From positions 32,736,001 to 32,800,000 of the forward strand of contig OX597815.1 in NCBI GenBank assembly GCA_951406725.2: a DNA stretch of 64,000 nucleotides. The letters run 5' to 3'. The stretch comes from Octopus vulgaris (taxonomy: Eukaryota). The position numbers and the translations under genes were made by a program. Shown here piece after piece: positions 37,001 through 51,651 of the stretch. Positions within the stretch are counted from its first letter, which is position 1. Every line of letters begins with the position of its first letter. Under the pieces are notes generated by a model, which saw only the letters and a list, made by a program, of their open reading frames with translations, did no database searches and had not been told where the DNA came from.

Positions 37001-37272
37001 GGCGGCGAGCTGGCAGAATCATTAGCATACTGGGTGAAATGCTTAGTGGTATTTTGTCTATTGCTATGTCCTGAGTTCAAATTCTGCCGAGGTTGACTTT
37101 GCTTTCCATCCTTAAGGGGTCAATAAATTAAGTACTAGTTGAGTACTGGGGTTGATGTGATCAACTGACTCCCTTCCCACAAAATCCAATCCTTGTGGCT
37201 ATAGTAGAAAAGATTATTATTATTATTATTATTATTATTATGATTATTATTATTATTATTATTATTATTATT

Positions 37273-37575
37273 GAGTAAGAGAGCAATGCATGCCATCAAA
37301 GTGACACTGGGGTAATATATATGAAGCCCAATATACCCATCATGACTACACATCTGATAAGGGTACATGTGATCAGAGATGCACATATTGTCAGCCACTA
37401 AGGGACATGCCCCACTGGTTATGGCCAAACATCTGACAAGCAATTCTGTGGTATTGAGCAGAATATTTGTTGTAGCCCATCTTTTATACCAAGACAAAAC
37501 AATGTACACGATAACACTTCCAATCAGTTAAGATCAGAAGCCACGAGAGCCGCTGCCTGGTACTGCATCAGGGCA
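37273..37575. mobile_element. Unclassified element bracketed by (TTA)n
   Basis: About 300 bp of higher-complexity sequence with (TTA)n on both sides. Confidence 0.5.
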
Positions 37576-38249
37576 TTTATTATTATTGTTGTCGTCGTCA
37601 TCGTCATTGTTGTTTCTTTTATTGTTTCTTTTATTAACCACAGGGAATAAAAAATGTTTAATGGCATTTTATCCGTCTTTACATTCTGCATTCAAATTCC
37701 ACTGAGGTCAACTTTGCCTTTCATTCTCTCAGAGTTGATAAAATAAGTACCAGTTAAACACTGGGGTCAATGTAATCGATTTACCCCATCCCCCAAAACT
37801 GCTTATTATTATTATTATTATTATTATTAATAATAATAATAATAATAATAATAAGAAGAAGAAGAAGAAGGGAGCTGGAAGAATTGTTAGTGCATTGGGC
37901 GAAATACTTAGCAGCATTTCTTCCAGGTTTTACGTTCTGATTTCAAATCTGCTTGAGGTCAATTTAGCTTTTCGTCCTTTCTGGGTTGATAAAATAAAAT
38001 ACCAGTCAGTCAAGTACTGGTATTGATATAATTGACTGCCCCTCCTCCTAATTCTGCTGGCCTAGTAGCAAATCTGAAGGAATTATTATTGCTATTATTA
38101 ATCTTTGCTTTTGAGGCTTGAGTGAGGATAAATGATCAGTGTTGTTAGTAGCAGAGGTGTTATAGAATTGTTTTCTGTACAATGTTGAGTTGAAATCTCT
38201 CAATGGATAAGATCTGGTTACATATCAACTACGACAACAAATGTTTTAA

Positions 38250-38469
38250 CCCTTTAGTGTCCAGATTACTCTGTTAAATGTAATACTTATTTATTCACAT
38301 TGTTTTGAATTTATCATGCATTATCTCATAGATTCAAGATTTCGATAATGTGATGGCTAATTTTTAGAATGACATTGTAAAGTAGGTGTGGGATGCTGGA
38401 TTTGGTCAGTTTGAACATAAAACAGGTAGAATGTTTGGGCTGGATATGGCCAGTTTAAATGCTAAAAGG
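38250..38469. mobile_element. piggyBac-like MITE
   Basis: TTAA-CCCTTTAG...CTAAAAGG-TTAA. Confidence 0.75.
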
Positions 38470-38962
38470 TTAAAGGTTATATTCCCTGTTAAAGAACAGG
38501 AGTTACCCTTGTGTTCACATGACAATCTAATTGTACTCGGCACAGTTCTTTTTTTTTTTACTTCTTGGTAGTGTTTTATAGCCTGATATTCTTCCTGTTG
38601 CCAACTCTTTTAGTTACTTTCTATGACATGCAGGAATGTGACTCGCCTATTCCTGCATATTAGGAAAATCTTCACAAATACTTGTTGAGCTCTTTGGAAT
38701 CTTGAATAAACTCCTATACATTGTAATACTTCCCAGCTAATGATGATAGTTGAATACTGATAAAAACTACGATCATTTGCATCTTAACAATTTGCATGAT
38801 AATTTATTGTTATCATTAAGGAAGTAGATAGATTGATAGAATTAATAGTTTGATCAAGAAAATGCCTCTAAATGGTATTTAGTTAGATCACTTTATAATC
38901 TGCTGGCTAGAGCAATTAGAGCAAAAATTGTGTTGTGCTTAGATTACAAATTATTATTATTA

Positions 38963-39018
<56 letters not shown>

Positions 39019-39243
39019 ATTATTATTATTAAGGCAGCGAGCTGGTAGAATCATTAGTGTGCTGGATGAAATGCTTAGCAGTGTTTCACCCATTGCTACG
39101 TTCTCAGTTCAAATTCCACCGAGGTTGACTTAACCTTTCATCCTTTCGGGCTCGATAAAATAAGTACCATTTGAACACTGGGATCAATGTAATTGACTCA
39201 ACCCCTCCCCCTAAATGGCTGCCCTTGTGGCAAAGTTTGAAAC

Positions 39244-39285
<42 letters not shown>

Positions 39286-39514
39286 GATTAGTAGTAGTAG
39301 TAGTAGTATTTGTTGCTGCTGCTGTTGTTGATGTTCTTGTTAAGGCAGTGAGCCTAGATGAATTGTTATCGTACCAGATGAAATGTTGTCAAGGGTGACT
39401 TTGCCTTTCAGTATCAATAAAATAAGTACTAATTAGTCACTGGGGTTGATGTAATCGACTTCTCCTTTCCTGAATATTGCTGGCCCTGTGTCAAAACTTG
39501 AAAGAATTATTATT

Positions 39515-39616
<102 letters not shown>

Positions 39617-40084
39617 TATATATTTTCAAAGATTTATGTAACGTTGTGTGAAGAATAGATATTTATATCTTAAAACTAAATATGTATGCAGGACTTACAA
39701 GTCAGATATGAAGATGAACCAAGAGAAAGTACATTTTTTGCTCTCTCTCATATGCTATTTGTGTCGGTATTGACATTTACTTATTAATTTATTTAATCCT
39801 CTCCATACATTTGGGAAACCTTATGTTTTACCCTATGCTAGTCCCATTTTTAACCAGACCAAGCTTGTCCTTAATGCTATCCCCGTGTGATCTCCCTGCA
39901 TACATTTACACAGGCACACACAAAAATATGCTTCTGCCTTCTCTTTTATTCATCTGTGTATGAAAATGACTTACATATCTCTTTTCCCCTCCCACCTAAG
40001 TTTTTTTTTTGATGAGATCATGCATTGATTGTTTCCTTTCAAGCCAAAGCAAGTTACCACTTTATCATCAGCTGTTGCAGGTTT

Positions 40085-40098
40085 GTTACCTTGGTAAC
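40085..40098. promoter_or_regulatory. RFX X-box-like motif
   Basis: GTTACCTTGGTAAC; nearby ATTGG (40130) and ATGGCAAC half-site. Confidence 0.45.
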
Positions 40099-41375
40099 TA
40101 ACTGGTTGCTTACTATTGTCAGCGTAGAGATTGGCTCGCAGTATGGCAACAATGCAGACTGCTTTAAAAAAATTTTTTTTTTGATTATTATCTTTTCTGA
40201 TTTCCAGTTTGTTGGCATACTATTATGATTACTAGTCTCTCTACATTTAGTACTTTGAAAGCAATAAGAGATTAGGATTTATTTGGTTTTATTGTTCAGT
40301 TATTCATATCAATTGTAAATCCATGCTATAGCTTGATTAAGCAGACATTCAAGAAATGTTGAAGCTTTTCATTTTTGTCAGATTTGCTGAGTCCTTCAGA
40401 AGAAAATCATTAAAAATAAAATTATTTGCTCTTTATTTGTTTTCAATTTTTTTCCCACTTCGTCATATCAATTCTCTTGTGGTCATTTGACTGTATCTAT
40501 GCTGTGGTAGCATTTTCAAGGGTTTTAGTTAATTATATAATTAACTAAAACCTGTTTTGATTATATACTGGTACTTATTTTATTGATCCCTGTTTAATAA
40601 AAAGATGATGTTTACCTTTTTAATATAAGGGGTTATAACTGGAAGCACTGATTTATGCTATGCATACATACACAGGTACATGCGCATACTCACATACATG
40701 CATATGCATACACACATATGCACACACATGTATATGCATATGTATGCACACCTATGCACGCACACAGAATTTCCGTCTGCCAAATTATTGACCAATGCAA
40801 GACAACAGTAGATGACGCTTGCCTGATGTACTGTGCAGTGAGATCAAACCTCAGATCACTTGCTTGCAAAGTTAACTTCTTAATTACACAACTATGTCTG
40901 CTCCTGTACTTATTTATCTTACACAGTTGTTGTAAAGAAAGTTAACTGGTTGAGTTTTCCTGAGAGAGATAATATCCCTATTCCATGCCAGCATGGAGAA
41001 TAGATGCTACATGATGTTGATGATGAAATGAATCATCACCATTACCGAGATTAGAAATGTGGTTCCCCAAGTTACACTGCTGGAAGCATTGGATCTTGGC
41101 AATGCAAGAATGTTCACAAAAGCTTGAAATTCTTGGCAATTATAAAACTGCTCTCACTGTTAACCTGTGGTGATAATGTTGGTGGTGAGGATTGCACATT
41201 TAGCATCTGTTAACTGCTTATGAGAACAATCCAGTGAAAAATATTGTTCACTATGGCCACAAAAAGGTTTATAAGATACCAACTGCTGACCATTCTGGTT
41301 GTAGGCTGACCAACTTGCTATAAACTTGGTCTGTTACGGCCCCATTTTTGTCTCTGAATAGAACTTGTCATAGAC

Positions 41376-41845
41376 ATAGCTGTGTGGTTAAGAAACTTGC
41401 TTTCCAACCACGTGATTCTGCGTTCAGTCCCACTGCATGGTACCTTGGGCAAGTGTCTTCTATTATATCCCTCAGCCTACCAAAGACTTGTGAGTGGATT
41501 TGGTAGGTGGAAACTGAAAGAAGACTCTTGTGTGTGTATGTGTGTGTGTGTGTGTGTGTGTACTTTTGTCTAGACGTGATGGCTGTAAATGTGTGTCATT
41601 GTCATACAAGCAAGGTTGTTCGTTTCTTGTTTTCTGTGAAAAGCTTATCAAGTTGTAGGAAAATATTACCTTGCTTGGAAATAGGTGAGGGTTGGTTACA
41701 GCAAAGGTGTCATAGAAAATCTGCTTCATCAATTTTGTCTGACCCATGCAGGTATGAAAAAGTGGGCATTAAATGATGATGACAATGACAATGATGACGA
41801 CGACAACTACTACTACTACCACTACCACCACCACCACCACCACCA
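41376..41845 (+). mobile_element. SINE family A head fused to an RTE-tail body
   Basis: A-type head, then body ending GACCCATGCAGGTATGAAAAAGTGGGCATTAAATGATGAT; similar to 59630-60030. Confidence 0.7.
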
Positions 41846-44299
41846 TCAGTTTGAACTAATATTGGCACCAGAAATTTGAGATTTTTGGAAGCAAAAGAAG
41901 GATGAGTTGTGGCACTCTGTCTTATAAAGACATGAGCAATGTATAGAGGATCTTTGATCTCAATTTCGTTTTTGTTATTCAATTTTTGAAAAGCTATTAA
42001 CTCATTCTAATTGTAAATTTTCCTGTTAGTATATTTTATTATCGGCAGTAGATTGACAGAATTGGTAGAGAATGGACAAATAAATGCCTTTGATGCCAAG
42101 GATATCAGTTTTAGGGATAAATTTTTTGTGAGAACATTTACCTAGTTTGGGGCATGGGACCATACAGAGATGACAAGTGGGGGAGAAACAAGTGAATTGG
42201 GTATGACATGGCTTGCTAGACACTTTCAAGCTTGAGAAACCATTGTGGTAATGATAGAAAAGATAGTGAAAGAAGGTTTTCTTATCAGTCAGGTTGTTAT
42301 TATGATGAATGTATTTTAGAATGTTTGTATGTGTAGCAGCTGCTCTGTTCCAGTTACGTGAGCAGTACTCTGATGTAGGGAACACTCGTGATTGTTTGTT
42401 TGCTGGTGTTCAGTAAAATTAATTTCTGGACATGAAGTGTAGGCTAAGTGAGAAGAGACTAAGTGTTTGTGATGCAGTCTTTGTTATACTAGATAGATAT
42501 GTAATCAATGTAAGTGATTATGTACAATCATAAGACCTAGCATCTACTAAGACATAGTATTGTGTTTTCTTGTTATTGAAGTTTGTCTTGTCCTTATTGA
42601 AAGATATTTTCAAATAATTTATTCATGGAAATAGTGCATGTCTAATACAAGCTATCTGGGTTATGCTAATTAGATAAGCACTGTTGAAATAATTTCCCAG
42701 AGAGGCAAATATGTAATAAGGTTGGCTGTAGATTGGCAGAATTGGACCAAAATTCTACAGAATGACCTTGGTGATTAGATAACTTATTTTATTTACTGAG
42801 CTCAAATCCTGTCAGATTTAGGAAGATGATTTTTTTGCAAAGTGTTTCACTTCTCACTTATAGGTATATGGTATCTTTGTATGACATTCATGCTTTTAGT
42901 AATTTCCCATTTCTTTTGATGAAATGCCAGGTAAGTTGAAATACTTTTTGATATTTACATCTTCACTATATTTTGATTGGTTTGATCTCCAGTTGTTATC
43001 AAGTGTCGTTCGTAGATGTGTACATGGTACCAAACTGGGTCTGAACTAGGATTCTTCATTTTTAAACTAAAGATAATAATGTTCTTATTCGTTAAGCCAC
43101 TGACACAAATTTGTGACCTTATGCTTATGTAATGGAATTAACGTTTTTTTATAGAAAGTAATGTTTCTACTGAGAAATTTCCTCACCTTTGAAAAACTAT
43201 TTCAAGTGTGGTTGGATGTAATTAGTGCACTTTCTTACAAATACTATAGCAATATAGATAAAATATTGGCAACATATTTCTATGTAATATTGGCAACATT
43301 TTTGCATTATTACTGCTCTATATGAAAACTAAGTTTTGGGTTTTTTACTTGTATCACATTCTTGGCAAAAAATGTCTGTTAATCTTTATCTAGCTTACCA
43401 TTTTTGGAACTCCTCCATGTCATTGTACGTTTTTATGAGGCTTTCAACAGAGATAAGGTTATTAAGGAGAATCTCTTGGAGATTGGTATGTAGACAACTG
43501 GAAGTTTTAAAGTCCTGTTGCTTCAAAAGTTTGTGTTATGGCATTTATTATATAACAGCTGCTATCTACTGTATTATTTTTTGTTTTCTCTAATAGCTTT
43601 TTAAATCAAGGCATAGTTTATAGAGAGAATTAGACCAGTGTTTTTAAATTATTTAGTATGGTGCTTCTATATACCAACATTGCAGACATTGCCAAAGTAT
43701 ATCTATTTACCAAAAAATTTCAGATATTAAATCCCAATACATATCATAGAAATATTCATCTGTTCTAAAACAGACACAAATTCATAACCAACATTTCATC
43801 TCTCTCAACTGTCAGATTTTATAACTTAGTGTGTAGCTAGTATAATTATTCATATTACTTTTGTTTTCTCAAAACAGCTCACTAAGTGTAGGTAGCTTAT
43901 GGAGAGTTGGACCAATGTTTTTACATTATTTTGTGTGGTTTACTGTATTAAAACTTTTAAAAAAAAGTTTAAATGAGCAAAGAGTTTGACTCTTTCATCC
44001 CTCTGGAGTCGATTAGTGAATCCTCTCAGAAGCCATAGGTCTTTTCTTAAAGCTCAAGATACAACTGAGTTACACAAATGAAAGGAAAATCAACTCTTGG
44101 ATAGCTTGTTGATCTATTATTCTGAATATTCTCAGAAAATATAAATAATATTCTACTTCCTCCAGAATGGGTGCTGGATGGAACTGATACATGTAGAAGT
44201 AAGTGTTCTTCCAAGGCACACAACAAAACTTTTGTCCTGATCAGGTGGTTGAATACTTTATTTACTGAAAAACTTCAGTGTTATATAGTGAAATAAATA

Positions 44300-45000
44300 T
44301 TCTACTAATGTCAGAGGGTCTCTAAGTGTCTATGAAGATTGGTTGCAAAATCTATTCCAAATGACTTTCAGTTCAGACAATTTCTAGAAATTCCTAACCT
44401 GGCAATGTAGCTGAGGAATGTTGTTGATTCAGGATATTCACTACAAGCACGGAAGTGTTATTGTCTAAGTCTGTTTGAGAGGGATGCAGAGGTATGAAAC
44501 CATCTTGCATGTACTCATTCAGTGTCTAAGTAAGTACTGCTGGTTTGTGGAGTTATGTTGGAAACTTGCAGTTGCATAAAGAACCGTTTCAACTATTAAC
44601 TGAATCTTTCTTGGGGATTGCCCTGCATTCCTTCTTTCGTTGATAAGAGCAAGCAGTATGTTGTCTATGGCTTAAGAGATTGTATGATGGATGGCATAGA
44701 AAAGATTGAGGATAGACATGTTTCTCTGCAGGTCAATCACTCATCAACTTGGAGAAGTTGAGGGCAGAGAGGAAGGCACTGCTTTCTAGTAAATTTACTG
44801 AAAGGTGGGGATTATGGCAAAATAAACATGTGACTCATGACAAGTAAATCTAGCAATCAAAGTCCACATATAGTCTATTGTAAGGGAAGCACTTATATAT
44901 GCCAACAGCATTTCACATTCTGAAGATTAACCTGTGGAAGCAGTAAATTGGCTTACTATCAGCATGCACTTGTAGGTTGAAGAATACAGTTGGGAGAGGG
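44300..45000 (-). pseudogene. Degenerate CR1-like LINE (endonuclease region)
   Basis: Minus-strand trace LLDLLVMSH resembles the APE LDL motif; weak. Confidence 0.35.
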
Positions 45001-47432
45001 CAATTGCCTTTGTCAGTAAGGGTAATCCTGGGTCTGTAGGGTTCTCTTGTTTCATTCCAAGCAGGTGTCTCTATTGAGACATTTCATTTCCTTTACTTTT
45101 GTGCTGTTGTTATTTATATCAGTTTTCTTATACTCGATTCTCTGTAACCCACCCATTATCGTGTTAATTTGTCCTTGAAATGTCCTCTTTCTGTCAGCCT
45201 TATTGGTAAATAAAGAAATTATTATTATTATTATTATTATTATTAATACTATTGCACGCCAAGGTGAGGGTTATTATTTATAGCTTGTGAGAACTTTTCT
45301 GTATTTGGCTGAAGTGGTTATGTGAGATTGGTGCTGTCAAAATTGTACCTAATAATAATAGAGAGTGCATCAAAATTGTACCTAATAATAATAATAATAA
45401 TGATAATAATAATAATAGTGAATAATTTGAATTGGAATAAATTTTAAGATTTAATCCAGTATTTGAATTATTTGCATGAGCTTTTATTTGCTGATTCAAA
45501 ACATCTCTAGTTTCTTGGATTCTACAGTTTTACTATATGTGTATGTGTGTGTGTGTGTGTGTGTGATTTTTTCATTGCAATTAACTAGTTCTTGATGCAG
45601 CACTACCTATGAGACTTTGCATTATGAAAACATCTTAGATTGCACCACATGGAAATATAATTATTAGAAACATAAATGATTGCTGTTTCTCTGAGGAATT
45701 ATACACTCTGTTAGTATATATTTCAGCTTGAAGATATCTCTAAGTATCAGTTTCTGTTCTACTTGTCAGTTTCTTGTTTGAACCGCTTCTTGTTGATCAG
45801 GGGAAAAAAATCCATCTACCCTAATAAGATCATCCATTGGGGATTTACAAACTTAAAACCATGGTCATGATGCGAGATATTTTATTCCAGTTTATGCTGA
45901 TATTTACTTTTTTGTTGTTCTTAAATTTATGACAGATCTGTTTGATAGTTGTAATTTAGATAGTTATGATGAAGAATTTAATATGCAAGTTAGTCAAAGT
46001 GCTGTTCATTGTCATATGAATATTTTTAACATGTTCACTTTCATCTTCTCCATTCCAAGACAACTGATAACAAACTTCTAGTGCTCCAAATAATAAAAAT
46101 AATAATGCAGATCAGCCCTGATTTTTTGGAATTGACCTGTGATCACAGATATTTTAGCTTTGAGTATGCCATTTTGCTTCAAGTACAGTTCATCCAAAAC
46201 TATACAATGTAACTTTCACATTTAAGATAACAGGGTGATATTACAGGGGGTGTTTAGCTGCTAATTTTGCTGGACAAGCAACTGTGTGGAGGTCTCTTAA
46301 GTGTAACATTTCTTTCAATTAATTTCAGTTGTTAATCTCTATAATATATACTTCCATTAGTTTTCAGTTCTATACTAAAGATACATAGTAACTGACTTGT
46401 TGAATTATAAGAACTGAGTTGAGCATTGACAGTTTTGTGGAGATTGCTGAGTTTTATGGACCACATTGGATTATTTCTCAAGTAACACAATTGAATGGAT
46501 GGGTATTGATCATCATCCTCATCATCATTTAACATTCAAGTTCAGTACTGGCATGGGATATTTATTTATTATAATAGAAACAGTTTGTTGAAATAGTTAT
46601 GTTTCAAGAAATATCAGGTTAAATGTGCATAAACCATACCACAATTTGAATTATAAATGTTTTGCTTTTAATTTTATCATTATTATTGTTATAATTCCAT
46701 TTAATTTTTTCTTTTTTTTTTTGTGCATCCTTCTCTATACCTGATAAGTTCGTAGATAACTATGTTCTTTTACAACTGTTGCTAAGAGCAATTAGACAGA
46801 TATTTGTAATGATGTGAACCTGCATAATTGGAAAAAATAATTTAGGTGTTAGGTGATTTTTAGTTTGGATTCTAAACATCTAAACCATTGTGCATAGGTC
46901 ATGGTTTCAAGTTTGTCTTAATTGTCGGGTTGTGCCCTTGGGCACATTACTTTTCTAATCTCACTAAATCTAGTTGAAATATAAATGACTGAAGAATAAA
47001 GAAGACAAGAATTTTGCTATGAGCAGCAGCAGGGAACTTAGCTCATAAAGCTAATGTTTAACTATGGTTTCTGTGCATTAAGCTAACAATAGAGGAATCA
47101 CTACAAGAATAGCAAACAGGTCTATCATAGGTAACACTCTCAGAAGTGCTGTTACCAACTTTCAGTTGTTAAGTAAGGTAAGGAATGTAAAATTAATGGC
47201 TATCCCATAGATACAGCAACATGTTTACAATGGCTTTGAACTCTTGACCCATGATCTCATATTACATTATCTTATCTACTCCATTATTTGGCTTCAGTGA
47301 AAATGACTGCTAGACCCATTCATCAGAGTGATTAACATATTGAAGATCTGATATGTAAATGTGAAAGAATGCTAATGTAAAAAAAATAGTAAATGCAGGT
47401 GTAACATTATCCACACTATATTTTATGTTGTA

Positions 47433-48324
47433 TGAGGGGGTACCCAAAAGAAACTGGAATTATGCAATGTTATTTTACTCATTTAGTTTTACATGTTTAC
47501 ACTTTTATCACCTTCAAAGTATTCTTCATTTGAAGCAATGCATGAATCCAGGTAGCACATTTTCCACTATTCTAAGCAGTGCTGGAACTCTTGTGAAGTG
47601 ATGCCTTATAATGCCTCCATCTGCAAATTTCATAGCACCAGCTTTCATCACCAGTGATTACCTTCAAAGAAAGGTCTGGATCAACTTCCAACTGTTCTTT
47701 CAGTTCATGACATGCATTCAGCTGTGACTGCTTTTGATCTGTGAGATCTTCTCTGAGCAAGCAAGGCACAAATTTTGCTGCAACTCTTTTCATTTGCAAT
47801 TCCTCAATCAAAATTTGTTGGAGGAGCTCCAGGATATACCAGTCATATCAACAAATTCATCAGTTGTTCGGTGACAGTCCTCTAAGATCAGTTCATGAAT
47901 TTTCATGATGTTTTCATTCGTTCGAGAGGTCGACGGTTGTCCTGAACAAAATTGGTCTTCAAGTGACAAGTGACCATTCCTAAAACATGGGAACCACTCG
48001 TAAACTTGTGTTTTGCTCATGGAAGCATCCTTGTAATCTGTTTGAAGCTTGACAACTGTTTTGGCTGCCGTTTTCCACAGCAGAAGACAGAATTTCACAG
48101 AATCACATTGTTCCTTTGTTTCAGCCATCACAAAAATTGACGAACAGGGGAGAAGCTCTTCAAAACAAAGACATACCATGTGGCATTACAACTTCACTTG
48201 ATGCCACTGGTTGATCGACTGATGCCTGAGGGTTGCATCAAGTAGCTTGTAGCAGTGGAAGCCTAAACTACAGTAGGTTTTGTCCCACAGAGAATGTTTC
48301 CAGTTACTTTTGGGTATCCCTTTG
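47433..48324 (-). mobile_element. Internally deleted mariner element
   Basis: TA-flanked TIRs GGGGTACCCAAAAGAAACTGGAA / TTCCAGTTACTTTTGGGTATCCC; ORFs 47808-48179 (HTH, MSKTQVYEWF, SGQPSTS) and 47572-47811 (RVAAKFVP, ITGDESWCY). Confidence 0.9.
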
Positions 48325-48659
48325 TATTTTTACATCAAGCATTACTTTGTTGTTTCTCTATTGGTTGATTGGTTGTACAGAGATAGATTTTCTGAATTTG
48401 TGTTTTGTAGCCTTATACTTGGTCTCACACTAACAAACCTTAGTGGTAGGTGGTAGAGGACAATTTGTTTTAGTATAGTGGATTGATGTAAGTGCAAAAA
48501 TATCCTTTGTGTTATGAAAACTACACAGATATAATAAAAGTCTTTTTCTTTCATGATTCTCCAACAAAGGGTTAGTTTAGTGTTGTACCATTTCAAAATG
48601 GTTAGTTAGTGGAAATTCTTTAACATAAAAATGTGCAACTTTCAGGACCTGCTCATTTC

Positions 48660-48900
48660 AACCTAGTGTGATAAGCTAAGTTTCATTACAACTAGTTTTG
48701 CAGAACTAGACCTGACAATGACTTGTGGCATTAGGCTAAGCCCAACCATGACCAATGTCACAAGATTAATCATGTTTAATACCACTAGTGTTGCTAGGCT
48801 AAACTTTACTATAGCTATTAGTGTGAAACTAAACTAGATCAAAATTTAATGTCATTAAACTAGATATTATTGGTACCAATGAACACAATATAAAACCTAG
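48660..48900. repeat. Old minisatellite with a period of about 30 bp
   Basis: CTAGTGT...GCTAA-like units near 48663, 48692, 48722, 48752, 48785 and 48846. Confidence 0.55.
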
Positions 48901-51456
48901 TGACAGATTTTTGTACTATATCTTCTCAAACATACACCCTTAAAGTAATTAAGTTACTGGCAAACTTGATTTTTGAGATAACTGTATGTTTTAGAAAAAC
49001 CTACCTAAACAGTAATAGATAGGGTGACCAGCAATGTTACTTAACTCCAAAGTAATGCTTTGGGTTTTGTTGGAAAGTGGGGTGGTGAGGAAATGTGAGC
49101 ATAGATGAAGTGTTCATTTCCCTTGAAGAGACTAGCTATAATTTAAAAGTTTTTGCTTTTTTTTTTTAGATATCTTTTCTATTTCTTCAGTCCACTTTAT
49201 AATGCTGGGGGAGGAAAAAAACAGGTTTGGCTTTAAAAATTCTATTTAGTTTGTTATTAGTCATTTTGTATTTGTATGTGTGTGTCCTGAAAATATTCCA
49301 GTGTTGCAATGAACTGAAGCAGTTGAGTTGTTTTGCTTTAATATCTATCAAGTGTTGCTAGTTATAACCTGAACATTTGTTTCTTCATATGCATATTAGT
49401 AGCGAATTGTAGTTTTGATGAAAGAGGCTGTTCATAATTTTCATAAGTGCTGCTGCCACTACACAAGCTGGTTAATATTCTTGGATTATATGCTTCAGTT
49501 AAATGTTGTGATGGTTTATCTTGTAGTTATTAAAAACTTGCAAAATGGAAAAAATAAAAACAAGTGAAATTCTTTCTTCGACTTAAATTGAATTTATTTT
49601 CTCCGTAAATAAATCTCTTGCTCACTTGTATGAATTTGCTAACATCATTTGCTCAGTGATATTAAACTACCTCCTCAAGTAACTTCCATTTTCAACATTT
49701 AACTATTTGTTATTGCCAAATTTTTAACTGCTATTTTACTTTCTCTCTTCCCTCTTCTAAACATGTGTGTGTGTGTGTGCATGCGTGCGTGCATGCATGT
49801 GTGTGTGTGTGTGTATTTTTTCTTCTGTACCTCTGAGCTTTCTCCTACCATTAGTTAGCTTATCATTGTTTCCTTTTACAAACTGACAATTCATTTTGCC
49901 TTCTGTTTCCAATCTGAGAAATTATCTGAAGCTGGAATGATTTTCTCTCCAAACAAACCAATTAAATTTTCTTGTTTGTTTGAGTTTTTATCTTAGTTTC
50001 CTTCTGAAAGTCTATGTATCCAGATTCTAACCTTTCAAAAGTCATTTAGAAATATCGTTATTGCCATGTTATTTTGGGGGTAGTATTTTTATATAAAACA
50101 TTTTAAATATCAATCTTCAGCAACTAAATTAAATTACAGTGACAAGTTATATGTAATTTTTCTTTCAATTTATATTTTAGTTTTTACAAAAGTCATGTAA
50201 AAATTGTATGTAAATATCATTTAGCTGATGTATGATTTGTTTAAAAAATCAAGTGAAGTCTTAGAGGGGTTATATTAGTTCATAAAATTATCTCGACATC
50301 TTATTAAGAGAACATTTAGTAACCGCAACAGTGCCACTTTAACATCAACATGACTACACTTACCATAGGTTAGATGAGTCAACATGTCAACTTGTTGTTT
50401 TAGCCTCGACTCTCACTAACATTGCTACTGATTCCAGTTCTTCTTAGTTGACGATTGTCCCAGATTTACTCTCTATAGTTATTCATAATGTATCATCTCA
50501 AAGAAGGACTTGGCCAATTACTCTCTGAAACATTCAAGATAGAACAGGCAAGTAATAAACTTCAAATGAAATTCTACAGTTCGAAATATTGTGTCTGTTG
50601 CTAAGAACTAGATAATAGGGGAGAATTACACATTAGATGGTGTTGTAATAATTTATGATTGTTAAACTTGAGTTGAGAAAAAAAAATATTTTAGTAGCAT
50701 ATCTATCAAAGTTTTGGGAATAGATTTAGACATTTTGCAAGTATTTATAACTTAAAAATGCTAGAATAAACTCTGCAGATCACTGACTTCTAAATGATGG
50801 TCTCAGAAGTCTATTTGTAATGCTTTTTATATTTTCTGTTATATGCAAGACATTTATATTTTCATTTCTGTGAATATTAGACTCAACGATTATATACTAC
50901 CATAATAACATTATGAGGTACTTTCCTGAATCTATACTACAATATACTTTAAGTATTGTACTTTCAGTTCTTAAAAAAAAACAACTTCTGGTTACTCTTC
51001 TTAAATAACAGGAAGTGTTTAATATACTATAGATTAATTATTACTAATTTTATCTGTTCCAGAACACTGGTATATATATATATATATATATAACTGGTTT
51101 TACTACTATAAGTTATACACTTATGCTTGAAAAGTTTATACTCATGTACCAGACATCAAGAATACAAACTGTGCAATATGAATTAAGTTATTATTTTTAT
51201 TTGTTTGTAGCATTTAATTGCTGTCTGTTATTGTTTGGCTCTTTTTAATATTCACAAATCTAATTGTGGAACTCTGATCTGAGTGGCTTTAATACTTCTG
51301 CAGAAAATGTAGGATACAGTACAATAAGGACCCACTTGTCAAATTAGGGTGGAGTTTTTACTGTACTGTAGATGCACATATGTGTGTGTGTGTCTGTATG
51401 AGTGTACGTATTTACACAGACACACACACACACACATACTCAGACACACAGATGAA

Positions 51457-51541
51457 AAATTAGAATGACAAAGGAATAAACAATTATGTCTTGATCTTAT
51501 GAAGTTCAAAACAATTGTTTATTCCTTTGTCATTCTAATTT
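51457..51541. repeat. Perfect 29-bp inverted repeat
   Basis: AAATTAGAATGACAAAGGAATAAACAATT and its exact reverse complement at 51513-51541. Confidence 0.9.
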
Positions 51542-51651
51542 CTTACTATTGTTATTCTGTATTCAACTGATGCTTCATTTAGAAGCATATGTATATTGAG
51601 TCCTAATACTGGGTTGTTAGTATTGCTGTGTTTATGTGAAATATCAATATA

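Noticed and set aside
42864-42930. Possible exon before CAG|GTAAGT
   Set aside because: Good donor but ambiguous acceptor and no recognisable peptide
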